Positions 45,853-54,555 of a stretch of 64,000 nucleotides of DNA are shown here, piece by piece. Both the position numbers and the translations under genes were made by a program. This DNA is from Rickettsiales bacterium. GTDB taxonomy: Bacteria > Pseudomonadota > Alphaproteobacteria > Rickettsiales > UBA8987. The stretch is from contig OZ244955.1 in the NCBI GenBank assembly GCA_965222525.1, positions 1,345,893-1,409,892 on the forward strand, in the 5' to 3' direction. The notes under the pieces were generated by a model, which saw only the letters and a program-made list of their open reading frames with translations, was not told the DNA's origin and searched no databases. How positions within the stretch are numbered: the stretch's first letter is position 1; the number at the start of each line of letters is the position of its first letter.

Positions 45853-47539
45853 CTTCGTAATCTATATGCATCGCACTACGGATTTCCGGCGATTCCTCAT
45901 CAACCGGACGCACGCCCAAAACCGGCGCTGCCTGTGCGATAACCTCTTTCACCACCGGTGCGGCAGTCCAGCCGGCAGTTGCCCAGCCAAAGCTGTCCTC
46001 GGTCCCCTTTGGTTCATCCATCACCGCCATCACCACATAACGCGGGTTATCCATAGGGAATGCCGCAACAAATGATGATACCATGCGTTTACGGTCATAG
46101 CTGTGGACGCCGGCTTTCTCGGCTGTCCCGGTTTTACCGCCGACCAGATAGCCTTTGGCGTTAGCGTTCTTACCGGTACCTTCAGACACAACAAGACGCA
46201 GCATTTTACGCATCTGGTCGGAAGTGGATTGTTTTATAACGCGCACACCCTCATCGGCATTATCCTTTATAATCGTTGGTGAGTGGTATATCCCGCCATT
46301 TACCATAGAGGAATATGCACTGGCAACATGACTGGTGGTAACGGCTATGCCGTGGCCATAGGAAACAGTCATAGTGCTGATTCTGCCCCATTGGTCAGGG
46401 TAAAGCGGACTACCATTTTCCGGCAGTTCCAGCGCTACCGGCTCCAGCATGCCGAGCTTGGACAGAAACTCGCGCTGGCGCTTGCTGCCGATATCCTCGG
46501 CAATTTTGGCCGTACCTATATTAGACGAATGCATGAATATTTCTGGCACTGTCATCCAGCGTTTCTTACCATGATGGTCGCGGATAGTAAACCGGCCAAC
46601 CCTGATAGGGTTGGTAGCATCATACAAACTACGCATAGTTACCAGATTGTTATCCAGAGCGGTGGCCATGGTGAATGTCTTGAAGGTCGAACCCATTTCA
46701 TACACGCCAAGAGTAGCATTATTGAACTTCGCTTTGTCATCGGCGGTGCTGGCTGCATTCGGGTCGAAATCGGGAAGGCTAACCATAGCGATAATCTCGC
46801 CGCTATTTACGTCCATAACCATACCGGCTGCGCCTTTTGCCTCGTGATGCTGGTATTTCTTCACCAGCTCACGATGTAGGATATTCTGCACCCTAATATC
46901 AATCGAGAGGGGTAGGGGGGTAGTGGATTTCTTGGACAGTACCTCGTTAAACTCGCGCTCAGCACCGGAAAGACCGTTGCCGTCAATATCGGTAAAGCCA
47001 ACCAGATGTGCCACCAGCTCGCCATGAGGATATGTACGCTTTTCCTCTATTTTAAACTCAAGACCGGGTACGCCCAAATTGTTCGCCGCTTCCTGCTCTT
47101 TCGGGCTGAGGTTACGCTTAATCCATACGAAGCGCTTGTCGGAAGAAAGCTCTGCCAACAGTTTGGATGGGTTAAGCTCCGGGAACAGGTGGGTTAAGCC
47201 GGCGGCTACTTCCTCCGCGGATATGCCGGATTCCCTGATAGTTTTTGGGTCGGCAAATAGTGAAGCCGTTTTCAGGTTAGTCGCGAGTAACACACCGTTG
47301 CGGTCAACTATATCAGCGCGACCATATTTTACCTCGGAGGTGCTTATGGCCGCAAGTCCGCGGCTGGTACCATCTACACTGGCCATGGCCAAATCGACCA
47401 CACGGAATCCAAGTGCACAGAAGCACAGGGAGAAGAATGCGCCGATAAATACCAGACGTGCACGGGCCACATCCACAGCCTGCTTGACTGCCCCGTCAAA
47501 TTTTACTTTCTTGGTATGTCTTTTGTTGTTTTTTGTCAT
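45812..47539 (-). CDS. ftsI: Peptidoglycan D,D-transpeptidase FtsI (PBP3-type)
   Basis: N-terminal TM anchor, then SxxK 'GSTFKTF', SxN 'HSSNIG' and KTG 'GKTGTAEK'. Confidence 0.92.
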   Translation of the reverse strand: MTKNNKRHTKKVKFDGAVKQAVDVARARLVFIGAFFSLCFCALGFRVVDLAMASVDGTSRGLAAISTSEVKYGRADIVDRNGVLLATNLKTASLFADPKTIRESGISAEEVAAGLTHLFPELNPSKLLAELSSDKRFVWIKRNLSPKEQEAANNLGVPGLEFKIEEKRTYPHGELVAHLVGFTDIDGNGLSGAEREFNEVLSKKSTTPLPLSIDIRVQNILHRELVKKYQHHEAKGAAGMVMDVNSGEIIAMVSLPDFDPNAASTADDKAKFNNATLGVYEMGSTFKTFTMATALDNNLVTMRSLYDATNPIRVGRFTIRDHHGKKRWMTVPEIFMHSSNIGTAKIAEDIGSKRQREFLSKLGMLEPVALELPENGSPLYPDQWGRISTMTVSYGHGIAVTTSHVASAYSSMVNGGIYHSPTIIKDNADEGVRVIKQSTSDQMRKMLRLVVSEGTGKNANAKGYLVGGKTGTAEKAGVHSYDRKRMVSSFVAAFPMDNPRYVVMAVMDEPKGTEDSFGWATAGWTAAPVVKEVIAQAAPVLGVRPVDEESPEIRSAMHIDYEVGKDQKFASVETR

Positions 47540-47553
47540 TTTTTACCTCTAAA

Positions 47554-47734
47554 CCTCCCCCGCTTGCGAGGAAGGCAAGAAATCCAAGGATTTTCAATCC
47601 TTAGGATTTCTGGTGGGGGAATGCCAACAGCTAATAGCCAAATACCAATAGCCACTACCTCACCATTCCCTCCCCGGAAATCTGGCAATCATAGATTGCT
47701 CAGATTTTCTCCCCTCCCGCAAGCGGGAGGGGGG
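47554..47734. repeat. Family A element, copy 3 (full), filling the ftsL-ftsI spacer
   Basis: Same orientation and architecture as copy 1. It takes up 181 of the 202 nt between the ftsL stop (47742) and the ftsI start (47539). Confidence 0.9.
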
Positions 47735-47741
47735 TGCATTT

Positions 47742-48053
47742 CTAATTCTCAACTCCGCCGGCGAACCCGGCCAATACGGGGCGCAGCGGGATATCTTCTA
47801 CATTACGTACCTGCTCCGGAGTTATCGGCTCCAGATCGAGATATTTGTCGGACATTTCCTGCAAGCGCCCGGGCTTGGTGAGATATGTCCATTCTGCCTT
47901 TAATACGTGGATTGCTTCGCGGTCAGTCTTAATCTGGCGATTAAGTTCGCGTAACTCGCCCCTCAAATCCTGGACGCGGTTTTCTACCTGAAAAACCGCG
48001 AACGCCAGAACCGAGAGCAACACAAAGCCCATGAATGCTACTGGTCTGATCAT
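47742..48053 (-). CDS. ftsL: Cell division protein FtsL (alphaproteobacterial type)
   Basis: 103 aa with an N-terminal TM segment 'FMGFVLLSVLAFAVF' and a coiled coil 'VQDLRGELRELNRQI'. It sits between rsmH and ftsI. Confidence 0.8.
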   Translation of the reverse strand: MIRPVAFMGFVLLSVLAFAVFQVENRVQDLRGELRELNRQIKTDREAIHVLKAEWTYLTKPGRLQEMSDKYLDLEPITPEQVRNVEDIPLRPVLAGFAGGVEN

Positions 48054-48102
48054 ACCGACTCCTTTGTATACCTTACTTAAGAGCGTTAATTTTTATATAA
48101 CG

Positions 48103-49041
48103 CTAGTGCACCGTGCGAATTGCTGCCCGTAATTTGGCCGAACGCGCGCGAGGATTCTCCCGAATCTCTCCCTCGTCAGGTGTAACCGCCTTACGTGTCA
48201 GTAATTCAAATGTCGGTGCTGGCGCATCCTGCGCCGGAAGCGGCCAGTGACGCGACACCCCGTACCCCTTGCCGGAGCGGTCATTCAGGAACTGTTTGAC
48301 TATACTGTCCTCGCCCGAATGAAAGGTAATCGTCACTAGTCTTCCCCCTGAAGATAGCAGCTTCTCCGCTGCATCCAGAGATTTCGAAAATTCTTCCAAC
48401 TCATTATTAACCCATATACGCAACGCCTGAAACGTACGCGTAGCCGGGTTGATATTATCATTATACACCTTCACCGCCCCGCGGATTATCTCCGCAAGCT
48501 GACCGGTACGGGTAATCGGCTTACTGCTGCGTGCGGCTACAATCGCCTTGGCAATCCGCCGTGACTGCCGTTCCCCGCCATATTTGAACAAAATCCCCGC
48601 CAGTTCCTCTTCATTGGCGCTGTTGACAAAATGGGAGGCGTCCCTGCCAGAACCCGACATACGCATATCAAGCGGGCCGTCAAGGGAGAAGGAGAAGCCA
48701 CGTCTTGGAGTATCAAGCTGCATGGAAGAAACGCCTATATCAAGCAGGACACCGTCTACCGACTCAACACCCCGCGCATTTAACAAACTGTCCATATCGC
48801 CGAAGCGACCATTTATAAACTCAAAGCGATTGCTGAATTCCTCGCTTAAAGTCGATACATATATTTCAACAAGCGGATCCTGGTCTATGGCGAAAACCTT
48901 GCACTGCGCCGCTTCCAGTAATGCACGGCTATGTCCGCCCGCTCCAAACGTGCCGTCTACATACACTTCACCATCCCTGGGTGCCATATATTCCAGCGTT
49001 TCCCTTGCCATTACCGATATATGGTCTGTTGCCTGTTGCAT
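48103..49041 (-). CDS. rsmH: 16S rRNA (cytosine1402-N4)-methyltransferase
   Basis: 'HISVM..E', 'YVDGTFGAGGHS', 'DLGVSS.QLD' and 'ITFHSGEDSIVK'. I prefer the ATG at 49041, because the track ORF runs upstream into repeat sequence. Confidence 0.92.
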   Translation of the reverse strand: MQQATDHISVMARETLEYMAPRDGEVYVDGTFGAGGHSRALLEAAQCKVFAIDQDPLVEIYVSTLSEEFSNRFEFINGRFGDMDSLLNARGVESVDGVLLDIGVSSMQLDTPRRGFSFSLDGPLDMRMSGSGRDASHFVNSANEEELAGILFKYGGERQSRRIAKAIVAARSSKPITRTGQLAEIIRGAVKVYNDNINPATRTFQALRIWVNNELEEFSKSLDAAEKLLSSGGRLVTITFHSGEDSIVKQFLNDRSGKGYGVSRHWPLPAQDAPAPTFELLTRKAVTPDEGEIRENPRARSAKLRAAIRTVH

Positions 49042-49058
49042 ATTTGCCTGTATCCAAC

Positions 49059-49355
49059 TCCTCCCCCGCTTGCGGGGAAAAACCTGATTGTCATGCTGAA
49101 CTTGTTTCAGCATCCATTTTAAAAAACTGATGATCAGCAAGTTGTGACCATACTTTCAAAATACAAAATCTGCTCATTCCCTATCACGATTCCGTCATCG
49201 GATACATGGATCCCGAAACAAGTTCGGGATGACAACATATTGAATTTCTGGTGGGGGAATACCAACAGCTAATAGCCATCACCTCACCATTCCCTCCCCA
49301 GAAATCTGGCAGACAAGCTGCTCAGATTTCTTGCCCCTCCCGCAAGCGGGAGGGG
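49059..49355. repeat. Family A element, copy 4, split by a nested family C element and carrying a 13-nt central deletion
   Basis: The H1 remnant CTCCTCCCCCGCTTGCGGGGA lies at 49059-49077. The A sequence resumes at ATTTCTGGTGGGGGAATACC (about 49244) and runs to CCCCTCCCGCAAGCGGGAGGGG (49355). Confidence 0.85.
49090..49233. repeat. Family C double-hairpin element, copy 3 (nested within family A copy 4)
   Basis: GTCATGCTGAACTTGTTTCAGCATCC ... GGATCCCGAAACAAGTTCGGGATGAC. Confidence 0.85.
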
Positions 49356-49357
49356 AG

Positions 49358-49822
49358 CTAATTGTCATTCCTTCCATTCAACCTGAATTCCTCTCTTTTC
49401 TGCTTCGCTATTTCACGTGCCTTGGCGGAATATTCCTCAAAAGCCTTTGGTTCCCATATCTCAAATGTCTGCCCCTTACCTACAAAAACCGCCTGTCCGT
49501 CAAGCCCCGCCTCCTTTAACAACTTCTCCGGCAACGTAACCCTGCCATCACTATCGAACGAGAGTGGGCTGGAATCACCGAGGATACTCATCGCAAATGC
49601 ATCACGCTCATCCGAATACAACTCGTGATTATCATCAATGCTCGCGCTCATCCGCTCTATACGGTCGATCCCGCAAGCCTCGATACAATTATTGACCACC
49701 GAAGGATACGCTACTATCCCATCCAGATTTTGCCCCGAAAGAACAGAGCGGAATTGCGCAGGGACTGAAACACGCCCTTTTTTGTCAATCTTATTAGTAT
49801 AAGTCGAAAGAAAAAGAGCCAT
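49358..49822 (-). CDS. mraZ: Transcriptional regulator MraZ
   Basis: 'TNKIDKKGRVSVPAQFR' and a second 'DSDGRVTLPEKL' SpoVT/AbrB-like half. It is the first gene of the dcw cluster. Confidence 0.92.
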   Translation of the reverse strand: MALFLSTYTNKIDKKGRVSVPAQFRSVLSGQNLDGIVAYPSVVNNCIEACGIDRIERMSASIDDNHELYSDERDAFAMSILGDSSPLSFDSDGRVTLPEKLLKEAGLDGQAVFVGKGQTFEIWEPKAFEEYSAKAREIAKQKREEFRLNGRNDN

Positions 49823-49988
49823 ACCAACCACACTAGAAGATGTTTGCCGATGGTAACCTTCCGGATATCCTTGTAAGTTATGGTTGAACTACTAAAGATA
49901 TCCTTCTAAGATTATTAAATAATATGAAGGTTTCCATCATTTCCCATTTGCAACTCCGCTCCACTTCAAGGGAGTAAATTGGCCCACT

Positions 49989-50056
49989 ATGGGATATCAT
50001 GGGACAACATGGGAACAATACCTTAGTTCATGGGAAAGGTCAATAGACATATGGGA
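49989..50056 (-). promoter_or_regulatory. Putative mraZ promoter with phased ATGGGA (TGGGA) boxes, a candidate MraZ operator
   Basis: ATGGGA occurs at 49989, 49999 and 50009 (10-bp phasing) and again at 50030 and 50051. On the gene strand, TTGACC (50043-50038), a 17-nt spacer and TATTGT (50020-15) sit immediately upstream of the three phased boxes. Confidence 0.55.
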
Positions 50057-50596
50057 ACTTTATTAAAAAAATCCCGAAAAAATTAACAAATAGGAATATA
50101 TTGTGTGTTGGTTATGGGGAAAGCACTAATTATGGGGGGATAGTAATGAGGTCAGTCATGCAGTTTTTCAACTAGGAGCTGCCGATATTTATTATTATCA
50201 TAGTCTGCAAATACTGATTTTCTGGTGCTCAGGTACTCAAAAAGTACGTTCTGCTTCGATTCTTGAAAAATCAATATTCTTGGGGTATGCTAGTGTGAGT
50301 GTCGAGAACTCTTATGTAATAAAGTAAGAAAACATGATATAAATTCAGGCGATTAGTATACGATAAATAATGCCTTGGTTGTAGAATAATTTTACGTGTT
50401 TATTCGGTTTATAAAAATAGCACAGAAGTTGAAGGGGCTGATGTTGAGGTTGTGTTTTTATAGTCGTTCCAAATAACCGTTCTGGTTGATTTGAACTTTT
50501 AGCTGCGACGTCAAAGTTTCTGTCGCTTGCTGCAGAGATAAGGACTTTTAGTCCTACGATTCTATTAGGAAAAAAGGACTCTGACTTTGCTGTAAA

Positions 50597-51766
50597 TTAT
50601 CCGCCCAGCAATAAATATTGTAGTTTGATTTTAGCCTGGCCGAAGAAGGAGAGTGGTTCGACATCCTTGCCGGCGAAGAGGGGGATTTTCCTGTCAGGTT
50701 TACCGTTTTTGGTTAAGGTTAGTTCTGCCACCTTGTCACCCTTTTTAATCGGGGCTTTCAGTGGGGAGTTATAATTCAGGGTTAGTTCACGTTCGGCACG
50801 CTTGCTGTCCCGCCTGTTTATAAGAACCTCCACATTTTCCTTGATCACCAGCGGTACCGTATCCTCACTGCCCATCCAGACTTTCGCATTATCAATCACA
50901 TCGCCGGCCTTATATAAAGGTGTCAGTTTGAAATCACGGAACCCCATCCGTAGCAGCCGTTCTGCCTCCGGTATGCGTTCCTTGGAGCTGCCAAAACCGT
51001 TTATCGCTAGTATAATCCGCCTGCCATTCTGTACTGCCGAGGCTACCATCCCATAACCGGAGCGCTTGGTGTAACCGGTCTTCAGCCCGTCCGCGCCGAT
51101 ACCGCGGCTAAGTAAATGGTTACGATTCACCTGTTTTATCTCATTATAGGTAAACTCGGTTTCGGCAAACATCGGATAATATTCGGGGAAATCTTCTATC
51201 AGATGCTTCGCCAATGTCACCAAATCCCTTGCGGTCATAACATGGTCTATATCAGGCCAACCGGTTGAATTTTTAAAATGACTGTTTTCAAGCCCTATCT
51301 TCCCGGCCACAAAATTCATTTCCTCGGCAAAGGCTTCCTCACTGCCGGCAATTCCCTCGGCAACTACAATGCAGGCATCATTCCCCGACTGCACAATTAT
51401 GCCGTGCAAAAGGTCACTTACCGAAACATCGCTGCCTTCCTGAACGAACATCTTGGAGCCGCCCTTCTTCCATGCCCGCACACTAACCGGCAATTTATCC
51501 TCCATGGAAAGCTCTCCGCGCTTGAGTTTGTCAAATACCAGGTAAGCGGTCATCATCTTGGTCATGGATGCCGGTTCCATTACTTCATCGGCGTTTTTTT
51601 CCAGCAGAACCTCGCCGGTATTATAGTCGATCATATAGGCATAGGGTGCCTTAGTCATGCCGTCATTAGAGGCATTCTCCGTATCCTGTGCATCCGCCAG
51701 CGCAGGATACAAACACACAAGAACTACCCAAAAAAACCTAGTTTTCTGCAACAATAATCGCATCAT
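50597..51766 (-). CDS. D-alanyl-D-alanine carboxypeptidase (PBP5/6 class)
   Basis: Signal peptide, then SxxK 'SMTKMMT', SxN 'SGND' and KTG 'LKTGYT'. Confidence 0.9.
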   Translation of the reverse strand: MMRLLLQKTRFFWVVLVCLYPALADAQDTENASNDGMTKAPYAYMIDYNTGEVLLEKNADEVMEPASMTKMMTAYLVFDKLKRGELSMEDKLPVSVRAWKKGGSKMFVQEGSDVSVSDLLHGIIVQSGNDACIVVAEGIAGSEEAFAEEMNFVAGKIGLENSHFKNSTGWPDIDHVMTARDLVTLAKHLIEDFPEYYPMFAETEFTYNEIKQVNRNHLLSRGIGADGLKTGYTKRSGYGMVASAVQNGRRIILAINGFGSSKERIPEAERLLRMGFRDFKLTPLYKAGDVIDNAKVWMGSEDTVPLVIKENVEVLINRRDSKRAERELTLNYNSPLKAPIKKGDKVAELTLTKNGKPDRKIPLFAGKDVEPLSFFGQAKIKLQYLLLGG

Positions 51767-52640
51767 TGAACCCTAACTCCTTTGCTCTGCTGAGGTTGTT
51801 TTCCGCTTGTCCCATATCAACAAATGGTCCAAGCCTTACCCTGTATAATTTCTTTTGTGAAAAACGCACCGGCTCCACCAATACCGGTGATATACCGTTG
51901 AACTTACTGGACTGCTCACTGGCATTAACCGGAGTACCATAAGCACCGACCTGCACATAATAACCGCGGCCGGAATATTTTCCAGCATTACTTGCAGCGA
52001 TTTGGTAATTATTATCATGGATTTTTGCCGGTGTGGAAGAAGGAGAAGTTGAGGTCAGCACGATCTCCTCTGTACTGCCGCCATTCAATATGCGATTGGC
52101 AATCGCATCACCTCCCTCACGGTCACGGAATAATTCCGCTGTTGCTATCCTGTCCAGTTCAACCTGAACCCTTGCAACCCCCTTCTTTTTCATACCCAGC
52201 AAACCGGCTGCTTTCTCGGATAAATCAATAATACGATCTTTGATAAAGGGACCACGGTCATTCACCCTTATCAACATGGACTTGCCATTCTCAAGGTTAG
52301 TCACCCGCACCATACTGGGCATAGGCAATGTACGATGCGCAGCGGAAATCTTGTTCTTGTCAAATCTCTCACCATTAGCAGTTTTCCTGCCATGAAACTT
52401 GCCACCATACCAGGAGGCCATCCCTACTTCTTTATAATTATAATCTTCTTTCGGATGGTACCATTTTCCCTTTATCTGGTAAGGTTTTCCTACCTTGTGA
52501 TGTGACAGGTTTTTCTCCTGGGTGAAGTGCAATACAGCGGTTTTTACTAATTCCGCGCTAGTGCATCCGAAAAGCACCACAGATAACGGAACCATAGCAA
52601 AAAATACCACAACCCGCCTGAAAAAAGCTCGTTTTATCAT
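51738..52640 (-). CDS. rlpA: Septal ring lytic transglycosylase RlpA-family protein with a C-terminal SPOR domain
   Basis: Lipobox 'LFGC', DPBB motif 'ASWYGGKFHGRKTANGERFD', and a SPOR-like 'YYVQVGAYGTPVNA..YRVRLGPF'. Confidence 0.88.
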   Translation of the reverse strand: MIKRAFFRRVVVFFAMVPLSVVLFGCTSAELVKTAVLHFTQEKNLSHHKVGKPYQIKGKWYHPKEDYNYKEVGMASWYGGKFHGRKTANGERFDKNKISAAHRTLPMPSMVRVTNLENGKSMLIRVNDRGPFIKDRIIDLSEKAAGLLGMKKKGVARVQVELDRIATAELFRDREGGDAIANRILNGGSTEEIVLTSTSPSSTPAKIHDNNYQIAASNAGKYSGRGYYVQVGAYGTPVNASEQSSKFNGISPVLVEPVRFSQKKLYRVRLGPFVDMGQAENNLSRAKELGFNDAIIVAEN

Positions 52641-52788
52641 AAGATTATATATTTTAGGGGAAAAGTGCTCACTCTAATGTGCCTACAAGATATAGTAGTT
52701 ATTCCGAAAAATATTTCAATATCTAATTTGATTAAAGAATTATAACATAGAATTTCTTGCTCATTTTCGTTATCAGTAATATTATTAA

Positions 52789-53529
52789 ATGATGATATGG
52801 AATAAGAAAAACAAGCAGGAGGAGAAAGAGGAGGGGCTTGTAAGCCGCAATCCTCTTGACCATCTGGACCACTATCAGAGGAGAACACTGCTTTCGGCTG
52901 TGGTTGCAGCGGTAGTGCTGTATTCCGCTTATGCCGGAGGGTTTGTATTTACTGCCCTGATTACATCCTCCTGTATTGTTATGCTGCTGGAGTGGTGGCA
53001 GATGAGCAGAAAGAAGTACGATATTATTACAGGAATTTTTTCCATTATACCAGGTTTACTCTTCATTATCGGCCCATGTGCCGCAATGGTACTGATACGC
53101 AATGTAGAAGAAGAAAATATGGGACAGATTGTTACCCTGTGGATGTTTGCAACGGTGCTTGCCACTCACCTTGGTTCGTTCATGTCTGAAACGGCTTTTG
53201 AGACCTCTCCAAAGATTCTTCCCAAAATCGCACCAAATACATGGGCGGGGTTATATGGTGCAATGGCAATGGCAGCCGGGGTCTCCGCCATATGTATGTT
53301 TGGTATCAAGGGTGCTGAATTGAAGTTTATGTCTTTAGGACTGGTATTTGGAATAATAGTCGGCATTCTTGCGCAGGCAGGTGACATATTTATTGGATTT
53401 GTTAAAAAGAAATTCGGGGTACGCAAGAGTGGTAATATTGTCCTGGGTGAAAGCGGGGTACTGGATAATGTAAGCGGATTGCTGTTTGTGGTTCCAATAA
53501 TGTTATTATTGCTGTTTGTTATGAGCTAG
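52789..53529 (+). CDS. CdsA-like (CTP_transf_1 family) membrane protein with a degenerate catalytic signature
   Basis: Polytopic. The C-terminal 'GDIFIGFVKKKFGVRKSGNIVLGESGVLDNVSGL' aligns with the CdsA signature 'GD..ES..KR..G.KD.G..IPGHGG.LDR.DS', but the KD, PGHGG and DR.D positions are replaced. Confidence 0.6.
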   Translation: MMIWNKKNKQEEKEEGLVSRNPLDHLDHYQRRTLLSAVVAAVVLYSAYAGGFVFTALITSSCIVMLLEWWQMSRKKYDIITGIFSIIPGLLFIIGPCAAMVLIRNVEEENMGQIVTLWMFATVLATHLGSFMSETAFETSPKILPKIAPNTWAGLYGAMAMAAGVSAICMFGIKGAELKFMSLGLVFGIIVGILAQAGDIFIGFVKKKFGVRKSGNIVLGESGVLDNVSGLLFVVPIMLLLLFVMS

Positions 53530-53532
53530 CTC

Positions 53533-53588
53533 AGAAATCAGAAACCAGAAATCAGAAACCAGAAACCAGAAACCAGAAATCAGAAAAT
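53533..53588. repeat. Tandem heptamer array (AGAAAYC)x8
   Basis: AGAAATC AGAAACC AGAAATC AGAAACC AGAAACC AGAAACC AGAAATC AGAAAAT. The array fills the gap between the convergent stop codons of the CdsA-like gene and lpxK. Confidence 0.9.
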
Positions 53589-53592
53589 ATTA

Positions 53593-54555
53593 CTATAGAG
53601 TTTTTTGTAGTGCATCTATCAGCTTTCCCTCATCTTCAAAAATAATTTCAATTGGTAGGGTGATGATTTTGCTGTGATACTCGGGGGGGATGCGGGTCAG
53701 GTCTTTTTCGGTAGTGATTAGTTCTGCATCTATTTTTTCCGCTTTTTTCAGCAGGTTTTTTATATCATTTTCATTGTAATTATGATGGTCGGCGAATTTT
53801 CTGGTTTCCATTATACGGAAACTATTATTTTCCAAAGTATTAAAAAACTTTTCCGGATAGCCGATACCGGCGAATGCGATGAATTTACGTCCATGAGGGT
53901 TTATATTACCGGACGGCTGGATCGTTGCTCGTAAAACCGGTAGATGTGGCTCTATTTCGGGAATAATATTATGCTTGTCCTCACCAACCAGAACCGCCAT
54001 ATCGGATTTGCGTAAAGTGTTATCCAGCTTGTCACGCAGAGGCCCTGCGGGAAGCAGGTAACCATTTCCAATTCCATATAGCCCGTCAATTACCAGCAGT
54101 GAAAAATCCTTAATTACTGAGGGATTCTGCAAACCATCATCAAGGATGGCCAGTTTTGCACCATTTTCCGCAGCCTTATTTATTCCGGCCAGGCGATTTT
54201 TTGATACGATACAGGGCGCAGTGCGAGCCAGTAATAACGGCTCATCCCCAACCTCCTCGGCAGTATGCTCATCGGGATTTACCTCAACAGGTCCGTCCAG
54301 TAAACCGCCATAACCACGGCTTATAAAGGCAAAACTAACTCCTTGCTCTTTCAGAATTTTACCGACTTCAATCGCAACCGGTGTCTTACCCGCTCCGCCC
54401 GCAACCACATTACCCACGCAAATTACCGGAATATCCGCTTTTTTAGGCCTGGCCAGCTTCCCTCGAGCAAGCACGGATAAATAATAAAGCGCAGAGAATG
54501 GAAATAAAATCTCTGACCATCCCTTGTTTTTCTGCCAGAATTCAGGAGTCTTCAT
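53593..54555 (-). CDS. lpxK: Tetraacyldisaccharide 4'-kinase
   Basis: 'VICVGNVVAGGAGKTP' P-loop and 'ISRGYGG'. Confidence 0.92.
   Translation of the reverse strand: MKTPEFWQKNKGWSEILFPFSALYYLSVLARGKLARPKKADIPVICVGNVVAGGAGKTPVAIEVGKILKEQGVSFAFISRGYGGLLDGPVEVNPDEHTAEEVGDEPLLLARTAPCIVSKNRLAGINKAAENGAKLAILDDGLQNPSVIKDFSLLVIDGLYGIGNGYLLPAGPLRDKLDNTLRKSDMAVLVGEDKHNIIPEIEPHLPVLRATIQPSGNINPHGRKFIAFAGIGYPEKFFNTLENNSFRIMETRKFADHHNYNENDIKNLLKKAEKIDAELITTEKDLTRIPPEYHSKIITLPIEIIFEDEGKLIDALQKTL

Noticed and set aside
53533-53588. Tandem repeats considered as a CRISPR array
   Set aside because: The units are 7 nt with no spacers, the array is only 56 bp, and there are no cas genes. The same reasoning applies to (TCTAGAA)x4 at 12491-12518.
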